A stretch of 64,000 bases of DNA, taken from Eledone cirrhosa. Its lineage: Eukaryota. The position numbers were made by a program, and so were the translations under genes. Shown here piece after piece: positions 1 through 14,738 of the stretch. Under the pieces are notes generated by a model. The model had not been told where the DNA came from, made no database searches, and saw nothing but the letters and a program-made list of their open reading frames with translations. Where the stretch lies: assembly GCA_964016885.1 (NCBI GenBank), contig OZ024742.1:282844001-282908000 (forward strand), in the 5' to 3' direction. Position 1 is the stretch's first letter; every line of letters begins with the position of its first letter.

Positions 1-2275
<2,275 letters not shown>

Positions 2276-2364
2276 ATGCTATAACTGATATTAATAAAAT
2301 TGTTGGGTTACAACGAGTAATATTTTATAACTGATATAAAGCACTCAACAAGTTTTGGAGTAGA

Positions 2365-2710
2365 TATACGATATTAACAATGGAAACTATATTATAAACC
2401 ATATTTATTTCATTATACATATTCAGGATACCATATTAAAACATGCATGCTTCATCAGATAATATATAAGCAGTTTTATAAATAAATTTGACGTACCATA
2501 AAATATTGAAACTTCCATTTACCAAACCAACTTTTTTAAATGGAAGTTTCAATATTTTATGGTACGTCAAATTTATTTATAAAACTGCTTATATATTGTA
2601 TTTTATCTGAAGAAGGCATGCCATATTCTTAATATGGTATCCCTGAAATATGTATAAGGAAATAAATATGGTTTTATAAATATAGTTTCCATTTGTTTAA
2701 TATCGTATAT
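2365..2710. mobile_element. Fold-back (inverted repeat) element carrying a hammerhead motif, Penelope/retrozyme-like remnant
   Basis: Arm 2365-2521 is an imperfect reverse complement of 2537-2710; flanked by TA tracts; related to 3735-3942. Confidence 0.7.
2601..2662 (+). ncRNA. Type I hammerhead ribozyme motif (one stem I mismatch)
   Basis: UUUUAU-CUGAAGA-[AGGcAUGCCAUAUU CUU AAUAUGGUAUcCCU]-GAAA-U AUGU A-UA/AGGAAA; the sister copy near 3876-3893 has AUGAAA, which pairs fully. Confidence 0.7.
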
Positions 2711-2711
2711 T

Positions 2712-2746
<35 letters not shown>

Positions 2747-2749
2747 ATT

Positions 2750-2780
<31 letters not shown>

Positions 2781-2968
2781 TGTGTGTGTGTGTGCGTATT
2801 CTTCTATTTTTTTATATTCCAACATGGCCGCCTTGTGAACTGCGAATATCTTTCACGTCGGGAAAATGTAACGTGACATCTTGGTTCGTTTCATTCGTCC
2901 AAATTTTATATTGTACGGAATTGAACCGTGTTCCTTTAGTTCATTACTGGCATTTCTGTATAATGACA

Positions 2969-3036
<68 letters not shown>

Positions 3037-3270
3037 GAGAGAGAGAGTGTGTGTGTGTTTTTTTTTATGTATATATATATATGTATGTACACACATACAC
3101 ATATATTCATCTCTATATAATGTTAAAGAAAAAATCTCTAATGAACATATTGGTATTGTTATTCAAACGTTTGATCATCCTTCATTGTTTTGTTACTCGC
3201 CCCATCTCACCCCTCACCTTGTGCTTCGTTAAGAAATAGTCTTATATATATATACACACACACGCACACG

Positions 3271-3363
<93 letters not shown>

Positions 3364-3627
3364 GTGTGTGTATATATATAAGCCATCAAGTTCAAAGAGA
3401 ATTCTTCGTACGCCACAGGTGAAATTGCGACCCATTAGCTTATTCTTTTAATCACTGATGACTGCAACGTTAGTACATCTACCAGCATCCTGCTGTTTCT
3501 TCTGCTGCTCACTAACATATCCAATTTGGTCTATCTGTTTCCTGTGTCACCATCCTGCCACGCTTTCGGTCTATTGTGTACATACATACGTGTGTGTGTG
3601 TACGTGTATATATATATTACACATACA

Positions 3628-3714
<87 letters not shown>

Positions 3715-3798
3715 AGAGGTTATATTTAATTTGTTGGGATACAACAAGCAAAATATTTTTATAACTGATATAAAGCACTCAACAAATTATTGAAGTAG

Positions 3799-3942
3799 AT
3801 ATACAATATATTAACAAATGGAAACTATATTTATAAAACCATATTTATTTCATTATACATATTTCAAGGGCCCTTGAAATATGTATAATGAAATAAATAT
3901 GGTTTTATAAATATAGTTTCCATTTGTTAATATATTGTATAT
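3799..3942. repeat. Perfect 144-bp palindrome, internally deleted sister of the 2365-2710 element
   Basis: Axis at GGG|CCC 3870/3871; arms carry the GAAA-stem III-UA-AUGAAA half of the hammerhead. Confidence 0.85.
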
Positions 3943-3951
3943 ATATATATT

Positions 3952-3999
<48 letters not shown>

Positions 4000-4002
4000 A
4001 AC

Positions 4003-4105
4003 ATAGAATGTCGCCGAAAATGTATACAAATGTTGGTTACCTGTACAGACAATATTAATTTGAATTCTGTTGAAGTGTGTATACATTTTGGAGGGACACC
4101 CTGTA
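4003..4105. mobile_element. About 100-bp Tc1/mariner-type MITE (family also at 32578-32680, 46725-46826, 62045-62127)
   Basis: TIR of the form TACAGGGTGTCC..AAAATGTATAC / GTATACATTTT..GGACACCCTGTA in TA context; four related copies. Confidence 0.65.
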
Positions 4106-4237
4106 TATATATATATATATCAACACATATAAATATGTTTATGCGTGTGCATAAGTTGAGTACATAACTGCTATCTTCTCGGGAAAATGACGAAATATGT
4201 AATTAGAAGATTAAGTATGTTTCTATTAGAAAATTTG

Positions 4238-4485
4238 GTAACCCCTTTTGATACCAAACCACCTGAAACTGACCCTGATTCTATGATTGATTGTTTTAAA
4301 GCCTTTGTATGTATCTAAATGCCTTCCATCATAATTTTAAGTAGCAACCTTTGTTTCAAACGCTAACTTAATTTTGAGGTTTACTATTTCACTAAATTCT
4401 TCCAAATTTAATTATTATTTTCAAAATTGCTTGTAAAAGTCTTAAGCAGTGTCTTTCATTAGAAATATGGTAATAAAATGGTTAA
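4238..4485. mobile_element. Degenerate TTAA/CCC-ended MITE (piggyBac-type; relatives at 49736-50426, about 55220-55590 and 55790-55846)
   Basis: Ends TAACCCCTTTTGATACC ... GGTAATAAAATGGTTAA; internal similarity to the other copies. Confidence 0.45.
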
Positions 4486-4615
4486 GCATTCAAGATGTGG
4501 CACTGCCAGAATATATGTATTTGCCGATGATGTTCAGAACAGTTTGATAAAAATCTGTTCACTTTTATATAAATGTCATTCTCTCTCTTTCTCTCTCTCT
4601 CTCTTTCTCTCTCTA

Positions 4616-4691
<76 letters not shown>

Positions 4692-4947
4692 TCTCTCTCT
4701 CTCCCTCCCTCTCCCTCTCCCCCTCTCACTCCCTCTTCTCTCCCTCTCCTCTCTCTCTCTCGTACAGTGGTGAAGAATATATATATATATATATATACTT
4801 ATATATCTTTAGGTTTGTTGGTTCACCACTGGATAGAATTGGTCATTCCGTATGGTCAATCTTGGTGTAATATTGTGGAGAGTACTCAACGTAGTGCAGT
4901 TCACCCGTCTTCGTTTGTGTAGTTGGTGGTGCGAATACGGAGTTAAT

Positions 4948-5303
4948 TATAAATAAAATAACAGGAGGCTGGACTGGTGTAAATCCTTGAAAGGTTTATT
5001 ATACCATGATCATTTCAATGACCGGGTTCCATATGAATCCGGTGATATCATCAGGTATTCGAAATATAACAAAGGAATATGTAAAAAAACCATGGGTCCG
5101 AAAAATTAGAGACAGAGACAGAGAGGACGACTGACCAACTAGCTACTTTCACCCCGGCCAGTCGCCCCCAGGGCCATGGTTTTTTACATATTCCTTTGTT
5201 ATATTTCGAATACCTGATGATGGAACCCGGTCATTGAAATGACCGTGGTATAATAAACCTTTCAATGATTTACACCAGCCCAGCCTCCTGTTATTTTATT
5301 TAT
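4948..5303. mobile_element. Fold-back element with a hammerhead-like core in both arms
   Basis: 4948-5095 is the reverse complement of 5174-5303. Minus strand 5058-5001 reads AUAC-CUGAUGA-hairpin(ACCGG..CCGGU)-GAAA-UGAUCA-UG-GUAU; position 17 is G, so probably inactive. Confidence 0.65.
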
Positions 5304-5769
5304 ATATATATATATATATGATAGCCTGAACAAAAGTCCTAAAAATTAGAGCAATGGTGACAAAGTAGAGATAAGATATATAAGATATTTAACTATTTTT
5401 CGGTCACTCGGTGTTTCATATGAAGTACATAGGAAACTGTTGAAAACCCAATGATGATGACAATTCATTTTTCTTTTGATTTATTTATATTCTAATCATC
5501 GTTTTTACGACGAAACATTTTGTGGTAATGTTTTACGACCAGATACCCTTCCTACCAGTCAACACATTTACTCACCTCTTAAAACACATTTACATACACA
5601 ATATATTTCACTTATTTAATTCAAGTTAAGGACCGAAACACTTGCTTGGTGGATAGGGGGGGGGGGTCTTATCTGAAGACATTCTACTGTTCAGGTCTCC
5701 TTAGAATTTCTTACCACATTTATTTAATTCTAGATATTTTTTTTCTTTTTTTTTTTTTTTACATTAATA

Positions 5770-5950
5770 ATGGTTTCTGATTTAGGCACAAGGCCAGCAA
5801 TTTTTTGGGAAAGAGAAAAATCAATTAAATCGCCCCTAGTACATTACTGGTGCTTTATTTATCGACCCTCGTAAGCATGAAAGGCAAATCTAACCGTCGA
5901 CAGGATTTGAACTCAGAACGTAAAGGGCCGTAACTCGATGCTAGCAAGTT
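5770..5950 (-). mobile_element. tRNA-derived SINE, Nin-domain-like family, degenerate
   Basis: Reverse complement of GAGTTCAAATCC B-box and GCCTTTCATCCTTACGGGGTCGATAAA core. Confidence 0.7.
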
Positions 5951-6315
5951 TTATTTTTATTTTTCCGCAAACGACTTTGCCTTTCATTGTTTTTTAGTGT
6001 CGATAAAAAAAAGTACCAGTGAAATACTGAGGAGGAAGAATAGAGTTGATCAAATCTGCAATATACTCGTTAACCTTTCAAATTTATGGTTCTTTGTTCA
6101 AATTAAAGCATTCGGTTAAAACGCTTTTTTTTTTTTTGTCTTTTTTGTATTTGTTCAGGCTCTTTAACGTTCCTAGCTCACAACCTGTCACGGTCAACTT
6201 TACCTTTCATACTTGTGAGGGTGGATAAAAGAAAGAAAGCAGTCAAGTACTGGAGTCGATGTGATCGACTTTACCTTCTCCCAAAATTATTGACCTGTAC
6301 CTAAGTCATTAACTA

Positions 6316-6505
6316 GAGCGGTGGATTGACAGTATCGGTAGAGGGTCGGACACCATGCTTTGCAGCAACGAGTTACGGCCCTTTATGATCTGAGTTCAAA
6401 TCCCGCCGAGGTTAACTTTGCCTTTCATCCTTACGGGGTCGATAAAATAAAGTACCAGTAATACACTGAGATAATTGCTGGCCTTGTGCCAATAATAGAA
6501 ACAAT
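6316..6505 (+). mobile_element. tRNA-derived SINE, Nin-domain-like family (further fragments 5980-7010)
   Basis: GGTGGATTGACAGTATCGGTAGAG head, GAGTTCAAATCC B-box, GCCTTTCATCCTTACGGGGTCGATAAAATAAAGTACCAG core, TAGAAACAATT tail. Confidence 0.85.
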
Positions 6506-6684
6506 TAATTAGAACATCAAACAAAATGCTTTGTGGCATTTAGTTAATTTGCCTTTTATCTTCCCGAGCTCAGTATAAAATACCAGTTAATAACTCGGGT
6601 CGATATATTCGACTCCCATTTCTTCATATTGCTGGTCTTGTACCAATGTCAGAATTATTATCATGAGTTCAAATCCCGTAGAGG

Positions 6685-6843
6685 CAGTGCAGGGTTTAGG
6701 ACAAATGACGCCCTGTGCTAGTTAAGTTACGAGGACCCTTCTTACATTTGAAAAATACATCGTAAAAATTTGGTGGGGGCAGGAAGATGCCCACGGAACC
6801 CTGTGCTTAAGCACACCTCAGTACAAGGGTAAATCCGATGCTG
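6685..6843. mobile_element. hAT-type MITE inserted into a SINE
   Basis: CAG...CTG imperfect TIRs; 8-bp TSD CGTAGAGG at 6677-6684 and 6844-6851; SINE sequence resumes after the TSD. Confidence 0.8.
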
Positions 6844-7899
6844 CGTAGAGGTCAACTCTACCTGTCATACTGCCAGGGTCGACAAAACAATAAAGTACTG
6901 GAATCGATCTAATCCGACTTTACTCTCGCCCAACATTGCTGACCTTGTGCCTAAATTAGAAGTTATAATTACTTCACCCTTCAGGGGTCGCTAAAATAGG
7001 TATCAGTTAGTCAATTAGTGAGATTGTTGATGTGTAGGGGGCGAGAGAAGAAATGATCTAATCTTTTATATCCCTTCTCTGCTTATGTCAGAAATTATTA
7101 TAATTCAGTCGATAAACATTTTAGAAGTTCCTTTTTGTTTGTGATTTTTTAATTAATGGCATTTTACCGATATTTGTATCTTTGTGTTGTTTGTATGTAT
7201 TTGTCTCTATGTGTGTTTATTTATATGTGTGCGTGTATATGTGTGTGTGTGTGCGCGCGCGCGTGTGTGTGTGTGTGTATTTGTCTCTGTATGTGTGTAC
7301 GTATTTCTGTGTTTGTGCGTATTTGTCTCTGTATGTGTGTGTGTTGCTGTGTTTGTATGCATAATCTTTATTTAACCATGTCTTGATGCAGTTCTTTTGC
7401 CACAAAAATTCGACAATTTCTGTTGCTGTTGTTGCCATTGGTGTTGTTTCTATAGTTGCTGCTGTTGTTGTTACTTCAATTAAGAACTAATCAAATTTGT
7501 TCTAAAGTAACCATTAGTTTAATGAAATACCTTTTTTGTTCTTTTAACTCTTTTATTTATTTTTAACGGCTTAACGTCTTCTGTTATTGCCTCTGTATGT
7601 GCTTTTTTTGTTGTTGTTGTGGTAAGGAGGCAGGATTTCGCTGTGGGGGGTTTTGAGGCGGTGTTACGTATTCATAGTATGTGTTTGTGGGGTTGTTGTT
7701 TTTTTTTTGTTTCTTCAGTTTTCTGTCTTTGTGTTTCTCGTAAGTTATTTAGTGTTATAAGTCAGTAAAACATTATAAAAGATTATAAACTCAGAGGTGT
7801 CTGTCTGTTTGTCTCACTGGCTGGTTGTCTCGATTCTTCTATCATCTACATACATATACATCACATCATAAGATACATCTCAGGCATAGACGCATCAAT

Positions 7900-7967
<68 letters not shown>

Positions 7968-8299
7968 CGTGTGTATCACAGGTATATTCGCATCACAACA
8001 GATACAGATGCATCACAACCATAGACACATACATATTAGAATCAGGCACATCACGGAATTACAGACAGAATTATCACAACTTGATATGACATCACGCACA
8101 TCATTTGTACAGTCTCTGTGTATCTCTTTCTCACATACATACATTAATACAACTATACATACATACTCATAGATCCATCCACATACCGATGCACATACAC
8201 ACATGTTGAGAAAAATACACGCTATCTCACATCAATATAGTTACATGCATTCACATGTATATATGTGTGTGCGCGCGAATATATTTATCTGTGTATGTA

Positions 8300-8464
8300 G
8301 GTACGTATGTATGTATGTACGTATGTATGTACGTGTGTATGTACGTATGTATGTACGTATGTATGTACGTACGTATGTGTGTACGTATGTATGTATGTAC
8401 GTATGTATGTATGTATGTATGTATGTATGTATGTATGTATGTATGTATGTATGCATGTATGTAT
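8300..8464. repeat. (TATG)n/(TACG)n tetranucleotide microsatellite
   Basis: Direct reading. Confidence 0.95.
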
Positions 8465-9060
8465 TATGAATGTGGATGCAACAGCTTCTTAATGTGTGTG
8501 TATGTTGTGTGTGTCACTTAATGTATAAAGGCCAGAAGCAGCAATGTTAATCTCACTTATCTCACTCATCAGACTAGCTGTACCAATATATAACTACGGG
8601 GACTAAATCTCCATTTGGTAAATTAATCCCTGCCAATGAAATAATATAAAGCAAGCTAAAGAAGGATTATGGCGGTGGTGGTGATGATTCTAGTAGTATT
8701 TTTGTTTTGTTTTGTTTTTTAACTTTTTACCTCTTTTGTTACTGCCAGCAGGGCCCATTCATTAATTCATACACTATAAACGAGTGCAGAGGGTGTTTCA
8801 AAGTATATGTGGAGAGATAAAGAAAATAAAGTTATATTTAAACAAATAAAACGGGGAAGGAGAGGGGGTAGTTATAGACGTTACGTACAAATATAGTAAG
8901 ACATGTTTAAAATTAAAATTACATTTTAAGATTGCACAAATAATAACAATAATGATCCCTTTAATTGCCATAAGGGTAACAATAGATGATGGACATTAAT
9001 CAAGATAATCTGTGGCGGTGGTTAGGATAATAATGGTGCTGATGGTAGCTGTGGTAATGA

Positions 9061-9425
9061 TGATGTTGTTAATGATGCTAGTGCGAAAAACTATAATAAT
9101 AATTGTTTCTACTTTTGGCACAAGGCCAGCAATTATACCCAGTGTATTACTGGTACTTTCGACCCCGTAAGGATGAAAGGCAAAGTTAACCTCGGTGGGA
9201 TTTGAACTCAGAATGGCAAGGGACGTAACTCTATGCTTGGCGTCCGACCCTCTACCGATACTGCCAATCCACTGCGAATAACTATAATAATTGTTTCTAC
9301 TTTTGGGACAAGGCCAGCAATTACCCAGTGTATTACTGGTACTTTATTTTATCGACCCCGTATGGATGAAAGGCAAAGTTAACCTCGGCGGGATTTGAAC
9401 TCAGAATGGCAAGAGCCGTAACTCT
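9061..9425 (-). mobile_element. Tandem SINE dimer (Nin-like family), putative source of 21405-21759
   Basis: Two head-to-tail SINE copies with private indels (GTCGAAAGTACC, GGGTATAATTG) shared with the 21.4-kb copy. Confidence 0.85.
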
Positions 9426-9837
9426 ATATAACTATAATAATGGTTTCAAATTTAGGCCCCAACCCAACAATTTGGGGTTGTGGAAAGAGAAACAGTAGAT
9501 ATATCGAGCACCAGTACTTGATTAGTAGTTTATTTTATTACTTAGTGTTCTAGAGAAGGGTAGCTGTCACGATTCTTTTCAGGGAACGAGAGTATGGTAG
9601 GAGACATAACTTGAATACTTTCAAAATAGGGAACTGAGTTAAAGGTTCTCGCAAGTATGAAGTGATGGTGTTAAACGGGGCGGCGGATTTTGCATGTTGG
9701 TAAACTGTTTTTTGTCTCCTGTACAATATTGGTGCTCCTCTATTGTAACCGATGGTCATTTCTCCCTTGTGAACTAAAATTAGTCTTGTTTTTTTATTGC
9801 AAAATTTTACTCCGATGCGCTGGTTAGGTCTCTCTCT

Positions 9838-9902
9838 CCCACTCTCTCTGCATCTGGTAACGCCAAGCGTCTCTACTTTTGCCTGGTGTGTAACATTTAG
9901 AC

Positions 9903-9947
<45 letters not shown>

Positions 9948-10140
9948 CTCTCTCTGCATCTGGTAACGCCAAGCGTCTCTACTTTTGCCTGGCGTGTAAC
10001 ATTTAAACGTCTCTCTCGGTCTCTCTCTCTCTCTCTCTCTCTCGGTCTCTCTCTCTCTCTCTCTCTCCCACTCTCTCTGCATCTGGTAACGCCAAGCGTC
10101 TCTATTTTTGCCTAGTGTGTAACGTTTAGACGTCTCTCTC
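9838..10140. repeat. Three copies of a roughly 70-bp unit separated by (CT)n, inside a probable non-autonomous element (about 9550-10630)
   Basis: CCACTCTCTCTGCATCTGGTAACGCCAAGCGTCTCTACTTTTGCCTGGTGTGTAACATTTAGACG repeated 3 times. Confidence 0.85.
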
Positions 10141-10651
10141 CCTCTCTCGGTCTCTCTCTCTCTCGGTCTCTCTCTCTCTCTCTCTCTCCCTCGTAACGTC
10201 GTGCGTATTTCTCTTCCCCTCTCTCTCTCTCTCTTTCTTTCTCTCTCTCCCTGTCAGACCTCTATCTTCTTATTGTAACGTCAAACTTCTCTCTCTGCTT
10301 CGTACTTGCTCTGTGAACGAGATTAGTTCTCTTGCGATAGGAAATCTCTATCTCTCAAAGGAGGTAACATTTTTTTTTTTCACACATGCTCCGACACTCT
10401 CGCACATTTTCTCTCACACACTACACAAAGATATTATTGTACTTTTAAGATATTTCCAAGTGACAAGCATAATTCACCTCAGTTACTTAACTAATTTCTC
10501 GAACATTACAACAGATGTTCTGCTCTCGTGCAAGACTATATTGCTGCTGCTGCTGCTGCTGCTGCTAATCACTCTTTCCACTTGTCACCCAATCAAAAGC
10601 TAGTGTTGTCATTTAACAGGGGACGTGTTAACTCTGTGTGCGTATATATAT

Positions 10652-10684
<33 letters not shown>

Positions 10685-10740
10685 GATGTGTGTGTGTGTG
10701 TGTATATATATGTGCGCGTGTGTATATATATATGTGTGTG

Positions 10741-10776
<36 letters not shown>

Positions 10777-10875
10777 GATAACCAAAGATGTGGGTTCGAC
10801 TCCCATGTACGTCAATACTCATCTTTTTCCATTTCTCCGAGGGTTCTTAACCCCACTATCAGGCTAAATAATTTC

Positions 10876-10927
<52 letters not shown>

Positions 10928-10976
10928 CAAGTAAGTATGTTTTGAAACAGTGGGCAGGTTTGAAATTATAAAATAG

Positions 10977-11239
10977 AATAGCTTTCACCGTATTTTTGAC
11001 TAAAGGAATTTTAGCCTGATAATGGGGTTTAGAACCCTCAGATAAATGGAAATTAATAAATTTGAATGGAAAGAGATGGGTGATGTGTTGGGGTAATGGT
11101 AGCACAGTGGTCGTGATAACCAAAGATGTGGGTTCGACTCCCATGTACGTCAATACTCATCTTTTTCCATTTATCTGAGGGTTCTAAACCCCATTATCAG
11201 GCTAAAATTCCTTTAGTCAAAAATACGGTGAAAGCTATT
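10977..11239. repeat. 75-bp inverted repeat enclosing a tRNA-like sequence
   Basis: 10977-11051 is the reverse complement of 11165-11239; partial second copy at 10778-10870. Confidence 0.85.
11082..11152 (+). tRNA. tRNA-like sequence (pseudogene or SINE head), identity not assignable
   Basis: Acceptor GAUGUGU/GUACGUC (G-U rich), A-box TGGGGTAATGG, arm UGGU-CGUGAUA-ACCA, T-arm GUGGG-UUCGACU-CCCAU, T5 at 11162-11166; lacks U33. Confidence 0.55.
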
Positions 11240-11267
11240 ATATATATATATATATATATATGCGTGG

Positions 11268-11308
<41 letters not shown>

Positions 11309-11468
11309 TGTGTGTGTATATATATATATATGTGTGTGTGTGTATATATATATATACATACGCATTATGTATGTGACGTCGTGCTTCATCCAATCCCTTG
11401 GGAAAATGAAGCTAGAACGAAGCCTTGACTTCAATATAACTTTATTACATATATACTATATATGTATA

Positions 11469-11499
<31 letters not shown>

Positions 11500-11533
11500 G
11501 TATGTGTATATATATATATATATGTATGTGTAT

Positions 11534-11567
<34 letters not shown>

Positions 11568-12989
11568 CACCCATACATATATATAGCTGCTACCCAAGTG
11601 ATATAAGAATAGTGTTGATTTGTGTTTCAAACGTGATAATAATGTGACGAGGAAAAGAAAATAAGAAAGCTTTTATCTAGTTTTCATTACCATTTTTCAG
11701 ATTCAACCACCTGATTTGTTTTTTATTTTCGTTTCTTTTAATCATATAGTTAGAGAAGCATAACATTTCCTCCATCTCTCGATCAGAGGTTTATGGTTTT
11801 CCACAAAGCTTTATTTCTTTTCTTTTCTTAATGAAAGGCCATTGTCCGAAACGTTTGTCGCTTTGCTGTTTCTTTCTTACAACATAAAATGTATTACTTT
11901 CTATTCCTGTTTGATTTTTATTGTTTTTTTGTTTTGTTTTTTCGTCTTGTTATTTTCGTTTACTCTGAAATCTTCTTGGATAATGTACGCTTTGTGTTAT
12001 ATGAATTAACACTCAAAGACATGATTGTGTGGGTAAGGTGTTCGCTTCGCAACAAGTCCGTTCTGAGTTTAGTCCCTCTGCGCGGTACCCTCAGCAAGTG
12101 TTTTCTGACATACTTTTGGGAAAAAAACAACGGAAAGACAGACAGTCACATCTCTTCACTCAACCTCTGGAAATCACTACGGTTTCGGATTTTGAAATCA
12201 ATACCATTCATTCCAGTGTACATTGGGACATAACAAAACAGGTAAAGACAAGAAATGCCTTTAGGCAAATTACACAAATATATATATATGTATATACGTA
12301 TATATGTGTGTGTATGTAGGCGTGTTTGTGTTAACCAGTATCCATGTCCCGTTAACTAGCAGTTCAACAAAAACGATTGATAAAATAAAGTATCAGTTAT
12401 AAACTCGAGTAGATCTATTAGACTGTCTCCCTTTCCCCCTCTAAATATTGTTGCCATTGTACCTAAATTAGAAACCACTATTATCTTTCCCCCATCACCA
12501 TCACCACCACCATCACCAGCCCCACCATCTCTGCTATAGTAGACAAACAGTTGAGTCAACCAAATGCAACAGTGTGTGTGTGTAATTCAGTTTGTAATAG
12601 TTAGTTTTTTCTACAGTATTTATGTATTAAATTGTCAATGTTGTGAAGTGTGTGGGTGTGTGTATGCATACATGTATAGATGTATGTATGCATGCTTAAG
12701 TGTATGTGGTGGTGTGAGAGGACTAGCTAGCGTTAACTGCACAATGCAACAACAATTGCGGTTGCAAGAATATAACATTATTTAAACAACAAAACAAATT
12801 TGATTTTTTTTAACAAAATAATTTCCCAAAAGACTTCAGCTGTTCATTTTATTTTGTTCTCTCGCTCTCTCTCTCTCGCCCTTACTATCATATATGTATT
12901 TAAACATACATACATGCATATATATATATGTGTGTGTGTGTGTGTTTATACATGCGCGCTCATATACACTCACATCTATCTATCTATCA

Positions 12990-13061
<72 letters not shown>

Positions 13062-13185
13062 GTAGGTGTAATATTGTAGAACAATAAAACTATGCATATA
13101 TCAGTTAAGTAGCACTCAACAGTTGGTAGAACTGAAGTATATATAATAAAGAGGAATTAAAAGATGGTTAAAAGAGTTCCATATA

Positions 13186-13251
13186 TTTTATAATACGCAT
13201 TTCGAATACAAAATCATCCTGGGACAAAAATTGTGTTCTCATCAGATAAAA
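13186..13251 (-). ncRNA. Type I hammerhead ribozyme motif
   Basis: Minus strand: UUUUAU-CUGAUGA-[GAACACAA...UUGUAUUC]-GAAA-U GCGU A-UU/AUAAAA; stem I fully paired. Confidence 0.75.
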
Positions 13252-13436
13252 TAAGGTAACATGATATGAGGCATAATAGCACTTGTTTATAGGAAAGTGC
13301 TAAGTCTACATATTTAATTTCTTCTTTATTTTATATATATATATATATAACATACGTATGTGATGATAGCAGTGGTGTTGCACTGGCGAAGATAGTGGTC
13401 TTATGTAAGAGTTAGCAATAGTGTCATGCACATGGT

Positions 13437-13469
<33 letters not shown>

Positions 13470-13689
13470 ATTTTGGAAATGGTGATGTTTGGTGATGTTG
13501 GTTGTCATGGTAGTTGTGATTTGAGGGAGATTCGACTACTGTTTCTAGCAGGCCTAGCCAGCAACCACGTAAAGGAACTCTCATCAACTTTTGTTTTTGT
13601 TTTTAGCCCCAGATAAGGTACTGTCAGGTCATGACCATCCCATATTTTTTCCTGTGTGCAAGGAACCTAAGACATATTATCCAACGTGT

Positions 13690-13835
13690 TCCTCACATTT
13701 TTGACAAGAACATAAGCGGGTTGACTTCTTTTTCTAGTGGGTCAAACGAGAGTGGAGCGACATGAAATATAGTGCGGTGCTCAAGGACACATGCGCCGCC
13801 GGAAATCGAACTCATGACTTCACGATCGTGAGCAT
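13690..13835 (-). mobile_element. tRNA-derived SINE fragment (GTCCTTGAGCA-core family)
   Basis: Reverse complement of GAGTTCGATTTCC B-box followed by TGTGTCCTTGAGCA. Confidence 0.65.
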
Positions 13836-14074
13836 AACAGATAAGAGCCTTCATATACACTGTAAATGTACAAGGCATAAACAGTCATAGTAAATAGTTA
13901 AGTCTGATACTTTCTTTCTATCGCGCCCTCATTCACACTACTCTATCCCCATTTCTCCCTCACACTGTTGCTCAAACCTAATGCCCCTTTCTACCCTTTT
14001 CTAGTTTATCTTCCTTTTTATCTATTAGCCACTACTCTCTTTCATTTCTCCCGTTTCTTTACCTCTCCACCTCC

Positions 14075-14122
<48 letters not shown>

Positions 14123-14254
14123 TTGTACACACACACACACACACACACACACAGTTACCAAAAGCCACAGGATACCTACAACGTACCTATCACAACATAT
14201 TCCAGAGAAACACGCACACACACACACACATACACACACACACTCACACACACT

Positions 14255-14316
<62 letters not shown>

Positions 14317-14559
14317 TTAGCTTAGCCTTTTTCCAAGTGACAGTTCAAACTGCAAAATTATATAGCCTGAAGCCAATGGTGTAAAAACTCTACAATACTT
14401 TATATATTATACACCCTAGAGGCACCACAGAGCCTCGTCGTCATCGTTGTTGTTGTTGTTATTATTCACAGACTACACACTAACTAAAATGTTTACTCAC
14501 TGTGTGCTGTTTGTAACATTGGTTGTGGTGGTGCTGGTAGCTGCAGCAGTTTTTGTGGG

Positions 14560-14670
14560 CGTGTGTATGTGTGTGTATAGATATATATGTGTGTGCGTGT
14601 ATATATGTATGTATAAACGTATGTGTGTGTATATATATATGTATATGGGTATATATATGTGTGTATATAC

Positions 14671-14738
<68 letters not shown>

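Noticed and set aside
2300-2350. GIY-YIG C-terminal 'E..FI....LN' remnant linking the solo hammerheads to Penelope
   Set aside because: Needs a frameshift and a stop; too short to support by eye
11827-11866. Hammerhead-like CUUAAUGA...CCGAAACGUUUGUC
   Set aside because: Core altered and no stem I pairing
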